Assembly (NCBI RefSeq): GCF_009914755.1
Contig: NC_060925.1
Reading direction: 5' to 3' (one strand)
From: the human T2T-CHM13v2.0 reference genome, Homo sapiens
DNA: 64,000 nucleotides
Positions 56,379-64,000 of this stretch are shown here, in pieces (positions within the stretch are counted from its first letter, which is position 1; every line of letters begins with the position of its first letter). The notes under the pieces were generated by a model. That model ran no database searches and was not told the DNA's origin. It saw only the letters and a program-made list of their open reading frames with translations. The position numbers and the translations under genes are program-made.

Positions 56379-59300
56379 CAAATTCAAAAACTAGCGAAAG
56401 ACAAGAAATAACTAAGATCAGAGCAGAACCATAGGAGGTAGAGACACGAAAAAGCCTTCAAAAAATCAATAAATCCAGGAGCTGCATTTTGAAAAGATTA
56501 ACAAAATAGATGGACCACTAGCTAGACTAATAAGAAAGAAGAATCAATAGACACAATAAAAAATGGTAAAGGGGATATTACCACTGATCCCGTAGAAATA
56601 CAAACTACCATCAGAGATTACTATAAACATCTTTACACAAATAAACTAGAAAATCTAGAAGAAATGGATAAATTCCTGGACACATACACCCTCCCAAGAC
56701 TAAACCAGGAAGAAGTCAAATCCCTGAATAGACTAATAACAAGTTCTGAAATTAAGGCAGCAATTAATAGCCTACCAACTAAAAAAAGCCCAGGACCAGA
56801 TGGATTCACAGCCAAATTCTACCAGAGGTACAAAGAGGTGCTGGTACCATTCCTTCTGAAACTATTCCAGAGAATAGAAAAAGAGGAACTCCTCCCTCAC
56901 TCATTTTATGAGGCCAGCATCATCCTGATACTAAAACCTGGCAGAGACACAACAAAAAAAGAAAATTTCAGGCCAATATCCCTGATGAACATCATTGCGA
57001 AAATACTCAATAAAATACGGCAAACTGAATCCAGCAGCACATCAAAAAGCTTATCAACCACAATCAAGTTGGCTTCATCCCTGGAATGCAAGGCTGGTTC
57101 AACATACACAAATCAATAAACAGAATCCATTACGTAAACAGAACCAATCACAAAAACCACGTGATTATCTCAATAGATGCAGAAAAGGCCTTGGATAAAA
57201 TTCAACACCCCTTCATGCTAAAAACTCTCAATAAACTAGGTATTGATGGAACGTATCTCAAAATAATAAGAGCTATTTATGACAAACCCACAGCCAATAG
57301 CATACTGAATGGGCAAAAACTGAAAGCGTTCCCTTTAAAAACTGGCACAAGACAAGTATGCCTCTCTCACCACTCCTGTTCAACATAGTATTGGAAGTTC
57401 TGGCCAGGGCAATCAGGCAAGAGAAAGAAATAAAGTGTATTCAAATAGAAGAGAGGAAGTCAAATTGTGTCTGTTTGCAGATGACATGATTGTATATTTA
57501 GAAAATCCCATTGTCTCAGCCCAAAATCTCCTTAAACTGATCAGCAACTTCAGCAAAGTCTCAGGTTACAAAATCAATGTGAAAAAATCACAAGAATTCC
57601 TATACAGCAATAATAGACAAACAGAGAGCCAAATCATGAGTGAACTCCCATTCACGATTGCTACAAAGAGAATAAAATACCTAGGAATCCAACTTACAAG
57701 GAATGTGAAGGACCTATTCAAGGAGAACTACAAACCACTGCTCAAGGAAATAAGAGAGGACACAAATGAATGGAAAAACATTCCATGCTCATGGGTAGGA
57801 AGAATCAATATCATGAAAATGACCATACTGCCCAAGGTAATTTATAGATTCAGTGCTATCCCCATCAAGCTACTACTGACTTTTTTCACAGAATTAGAAA
57901 AAAACTACTTTAAATTTCATATGGAACCAAAAAAGAGCTTGTATAGCCAAGACAATCCTAAGCAAAAAGAACAAAGCTGGAGGCATCATGCTACCTGACT
58001 TCAAACTATACTACAAGGCTATAGTAACCAAAACAGCATGGTGCTGGTACAAAAACAGATATATGGACCAACGGAACAGAACAGAGGCATCAGAAATAAC
58101 ACCACACATCTACAACCATCTGATCTTTGACAAAGCTGACAAAAAGAAGCAATTGGGAAAGGATTCCCCATTTAATAAATGATGTTGGGAAAACTGGCTA
58201 GCCATATGCAGAAAACTGAAACTGGATCCCTTCCTTACACCTTATATAAAAATTAACTCAAGATGGATTAAAGACTTAAATGGAAGACCTAAAACCATAA
58301 AAATTCTAGGAGAAAACCTAGGCAATACCATTCAGGACGTAGGTATGGGCAAAGACTTCATGACTAAAACACCAAAAGCAACAGCAACAAAAGCCAAAAT
58401 TGACAAATGGGATCTAATTAAACTAAAGAGCTTCTGCACAGTAGAAAAAAAAAAACTATCATCAAAGTGAACAGGAAACCTACAGAATGGGAGAAAATTT
58501 TTGCAATCTATTCACCTGACAAAGGGCTAATATCCAAAATCTACAAGAAACTTAAACAAATTTACAAGAAAAAACAAACAACACCATCAAAAAGTGAGTG
58601 AAGGATATGAACAGATGCTTCTCAAAAGAAGAAGTTTATGCAGTCAACAAACATATGAAAAAAAGCTCATCATCACTGGTCATTAGAGAAATGCAAATCA
58701 AAACCACAATGAGATGCCATCTCATGCCAGTTAGAATGGCGATTATTAAAAAGTCAGGAAACAACAGATGCTGGAGAGGATGTGGAGAAATAGGAATGCT
58801 TTTTACAGTGTTGGTGGAAGTGTAAATTAGTTCAATCATTGTGGAAGACAATGTGGCGATTTCTCAAGGATCTATAACTAGAAAAACCATTTGACCCAGC
58901 AATCCCATTACTGGGTATATACCCAAAGGATTATAAATCATTCTACGATAAAGACACATGCACACTTATGTTTATTGAGGCACTATTCACAACAGCAAAG
59001 AGTTGGAACCAACCCAAATGCCCACCAATGATAAACTGGATAAAGATGATGTGGCACATATACATCATGGAATACTATACAGCCATAAAAAAGGATGAGT
59101 TCATGTCCTTTGCAGGGACATGGATGAAGCTGGAAACCGTCATTCTCAGCAAACTAACACTGGAACAGAAAACCAAACATTACCCATTCTCACTCATAAG
59201 TGGGAGTTGAACAATGAGAACACATGGACACAGGGAGGGGAACATCACACACTGGGGCATGTCAGGGGATGTGGGGCTAGGGGAGGAACAGCATTAGGAG

Positions 59301-59432
59301 AAATACCTAATGTAGATGACAGGTTGATGAATGCAGCAAACCACCATGGCACATGTATACCTATGTAACAAACCTGCACGTTCTGCTCATGTATCCCAGA
59401 AATTAAAGTATAATTTAAAAAAAGTTTAAAAA
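56379..59432 (+). mobile_element. 5'-truncated L1PA7-like (about 3.05 kb) inserted into a MIR
   Basis: ORF2 RT to 3'UTR; TT|AAGAAA site, with TSD AAGAAA at 56373-56378 and 59433-59438; MIR halves rejoin (AGAGGTTAAGAAA|GTTGCCTTAGTCACATAACTAG). Confidence 0.95.
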
Positions 59433-59694
59433 AAGAAAGTTGCCTTAGTCACATAACTAGTAAGAGACATGGTTGGGAATTTGAACAGAGGCCAATCAGT
59501 TCCAAATCCATGCTCTTGATCATTAAGCTGAACTTATGGCAGGAACTTGGAAGACATGGTAAAATGGGGAAAAACGTGGAGCCAGGGAGACTTGTGAAAG
59601 TGCCAGTGCTCCCACTATACCCTGAAAGAAGTATCTAGACTTACTTTTTTCTAAGTCCTCTCCTCTAATTCTCTCAATCTCTCTCTCTCTTTCT

Positions 59695-59902
59695 CTAAGA
59701 GATGGGAATGCTGCTCTGTCACTCAGGCTAGAGTGCAGTGGTGCGATCATAGCTCATTGCACTCAAGGAATCCTAGGGTCTAGTGCCCCTTCTCCCTCAG
59801 CCTCCCATGTAGCTAAGACTACAGGCACATGCCCCAACCCTCGACTAATTTTTTTATTTTTTATTTTTGTAGAGACAGGATCTCACTATGTTGCTCAGGC
59901 TG
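59695..59902 (-). mobile_element. Partial AluJ-like
   Basis: GCTCTGTCACTCAGGCTAGAGTGCAGTGGTGCGATCATAGCTCA.. Confidence 0.8.
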
Positions 59903-60513
59903 TAATTCTGTCTTGAAGCTTGTCCAATCAGGCTTTCAGCCACACCAATTCCCTGAGACTGCTCTCACCAAGGTCCTACACTTCACTAACACAAACAGCC
60001 TATTCTCCATCCTCATCTTACTTCACCAGGGAGCTCCTGGTTTTCCTCCTACTTCACTGGCTATTTCTTCTGTATCATGTGTTGATTCTCGCTCATCTCC
60101 CCAACCTCCAAACCCTTGGAGTACTCCAGAGATCACCGCTTTGCTCTTCTGTGTCTAACCTCACTAACTTGGTGGTCCAATTCACACTCTTGACTTTGAA
60201 TACCATTTAAATGCGAACGAATTCTAAATTCTGTACAACCAGAACCATTCTCCTGTAGCCAAATGCCTACTCAACATCTCCATCCCCAAACAAATTTAGT
60301 TGTTCAATAAGCCTCTCATATTTTACATATCCCAAACTGAACTTCTGAATTTCTCCTCCAATCTGTAGGGCTCTTCCCACAGCCTTTCCATCTCAGTGGA
60401 TTATAACTCCATCCTTCCAGTTACTCAGACCAAAACTTTTGGAGTTAACTGAGACACCTCTCTTTTTTTTCACAAGTCATATCCAATGTGTCAACAAATT
60501 TTGGTAGTGGAAA

Positions 60514-61010
60514 TATTGCGGGATTTTTTAAGAAATCAGAGAGACCGATGGGGTTCAGGAGGATATTTATTATTTAGGTGCACTGGCCAAGTCAGATTAA
60601 CATCCAAAGGACTGAGCCCTGAACAAAGAGTTAAGTTACCTTTTAAGCATTTTGTGGGGTGGGAGAGAGGGGTATCTGTGCAGGGGGAAGCATACTACAG
60701 AAGTGAGAAATAAAGACAGTTATTCAATTAATTGAGACATGCATTACATCATTTCTTACTTTTCAAGAAGAAACATGTTTTGCGACTTGAGTTTATCTGT
60801 CTAGTGACCTTGCAGCTGCACAGCTAGAGAAACAGGGTCTTCACAATGCCTGGGAAAGGAGGAGAGGTAAGTCTCACTAGCCACAGAAAAACAGGCAGTT
60901 AATTTTTAAAGGGCTCCAGCTCTTTCTCTTTCTCAGGGGGAGTTGGGTTTTGTTACATACAACTGAGTTTCCACTTACACATTATTTAATTTCTTTTAAT
61001 TCCTGTTCCA
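60514..61010 (-). mobile_element. ERV1 solo LTR (LTR15-like)
   Basis: Reverse complement begins TGGAACAGGAATTAAAAGAAATTAAA, about 500 bp, with AATAAA near its 3' end; family assignment from memory. Confidence 0.6.
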
Positions 61011-61720
61011 AAAGAAGCCAGATACAAAAGGTTACATGTTGTCTGATTCCATTTATATGAAACATATAGAAGAGGTAAATCCATAGAGACAGAAAGTAGA
61101 TTAGAGGTTCCCAGGGGCTGAGGAAGAAATGGGGACTAACTGCTTATAGGGTACAGAGTTTTCTTCTGATAAAAATATTTTGGAACTAGATAGACATTTT
61201 GTTAGGCCATTCTTGCATTGTTATAAAGAATTACCTGAGACTTGGTAATTTATAAAGAAAAGATGTTTAATTGGCTTACACTTCTGCAAGCTTTACAGGA
61301 AGCATGGTGCCGATATCTGCTCAGCTTCTGGTAAGGCCTCAGGAAGCTTACAATCATGGCAGAAGGTGAAAGGGGAGCAGGCATATCACATAGCAAAAGC
61401 AGGAGCAAGAGAGGGATGTGGGGAGGTGACAGTCACTTTTAAACAGCCAGATCTTGTGAGAACTCATTCACTATCATGAAGACAGTACCAAGAGGATGGT
61501 ACTAAATCATTCATGAGAAACCCCACCCTCATGATCAAATCACCTCCCACCAGGCCCCACCTCCAACACTGGGGATTACAATTTGACATGAGATTTGAGT
61601 GAGAACACGGATCCAAACCATATCAGAGATGGTGGTTATACAATGCGATAAACGTCACTGGATTGTACACTTTAAGATGGTTGTTTTATGTTGTGTGAAC
61701 TTCACCTCAATAAAAAAAAA
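61011..61720 (+). mobile_element. Old L1M 3' end split by an MST (MaLR) LTR at about 61198-61625
   Basis: AAGAAGCCAGATAC..TTCCATTTATATGAAA L1M 3'UTR; MST core TTCTTGCATTG..TATAAAGAAAAG..CAATCATGGCAGAAGG..CCAAACCATATCA; L1 resumes to CTCAATAAAAAA. Confidence 0.75.
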
Positions 61721-63001
61721 TATTTAATGTACATTCAGCCAAAAGAAGATTTGGAATAGGAAAGGTCATGGAGATATATTAACAGCCATTTGATGGGTGG
61801 TAAGGAAAAGAGTGGTTATTAGACTGTTTTGTGGCCCTCAAAAGGTAGAACTAGATCGAGTTGGTGAGCATTATAAAACCATCACAAAACCCTGGAGAGA
61901 GGACCCAGTGCTGAAGAACCGTTTGCCTGCCATGAGACATGAGGGAAGTACCAGTGAATGCCATTGAAAGCAGCATCCCTGGGTCCAAGGGATGGTCAAA
62001 GGACCACTACCCAACCCTTCCCTAGCCTACGCCTCCATTACAGATGACCGCAAGATTTATTTGCTCATTGCTGCCAACCAAGGCTGCACTCACTGCAGTT
62101 GCTATCAGTTTATCATGGGTAAAAGGAATGTGCAGTAGAGAACTAACTAACTGCCCACCTACCTCCACAATCCTATCAGGACAAATCACCATGGCTCACA
62201 TTTCCTTACATTTGGCATGTAAGCCCCTCTTACTGTCTGTCATCTATCTCCTACACAGTTCACCTAAACTGTTCTCTCCTGACCCAACCTTGATTTTCAT
62301 CCCAAATGCTTCCTTGCCATCTCTGGGATTCCTGTCTTCACCATCACCAAACTCCCCTCAATCTTCCAGTTTCCTGTTCAAACTTTTCTCCTACCTCCTT
62401 GCTTTGTCATTAGCCCGACTGCCTCCCTAGGACATCACTTCCCCTGCAGATCTCTCAAGATGACAATATTTATTCTCCACACAGCACATACTTCAGGGTT
62501 GGAAGGCAGGGGCAATCTTCTCCTTTATAATGAGTGCCTCTTATATATGTTTATTCATCTGCCCTCTTGTAAAACACACACACACACACACACAAAGAAG
62601 AAATAAAATAACTCTGCTTCTTTGAAGCTTGTGACACTGAGATAAACCATCTCACTGTCCTCATTGTAGTGACCTCTCAACTCCTCATGCAAGATTGGCT
62701 TTGGCACCTAGTTCCTGATCTTCCTTTCCCTGTAAGCACTTCTCATAGTCTTACGGGACTTCACCATCCATGGCACAACCAATACCACAGCCCAGATCCT
62801 CAGCTCTCCAATGACATTTTCCTCCACTAGACTTGAGCTACCTCCTTCCCTAGGCACAGCCTCAACCTCGACAACACCTAAGACTGTACCGTCTCTAAAG
62901 TCACATGTTCAAACACTTCACTCTTTAACCACTGTCTCCTATTCTTGCAAGTGTATTGCTCAAGTATCTCATTGCAATGCTTTTTACTTCTACCTCATTG
63001 A

Positions 63002-64000
<999 letters not shown>

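Overview
Primate (very probably human) genomic DNA containing the complete L-selectin gene SELL (CD62L) on the minus strand. Nine coding exons were traced by hand: 3+82+387+108+186+186+129+19+19 = 1119 nt, i.e. 372 aa plus stop. All junctions are GT-AG, and an in-frame upstream ATG adds 13 aa. The rest is transposon-rich intergenic and intronic DNA. It includes a near full-length L1PA7-like LINE-1 split by a HERV9/LTR12 provirus (TSD GTAC), a HERV-H provirus (TSD ATTAT) carrying a nested LTR2 solo LTR (TSD GTTT), a second L1PA7-like copy just upstream of SELL, and Alus, MIR, L2, MER5, MST, LTR8- and LTR15-like elements. I see no new protein-coding system. The most interesting unexplained structures are: (i) a roughly 100-nt polyadenylated, TSD-flanked retrocopy of an LTR12-type R-region RNA in SELL intron 7; (ii) a compact AP-1 x2 plus inverted-octamer palindrome about 0.9 kb upstream of the SELL ATG; (iii) two co-oriented L1s flanking SELL that share apparently private variants; (iv) asymmetries between the two LTR12s; and (v) plus-strand ERV promoters and splice sites aimed antisense at SELL. 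Repeat subfamily names come from remembered consensus sequences and need RepeatMasker/Dfam confirmation.
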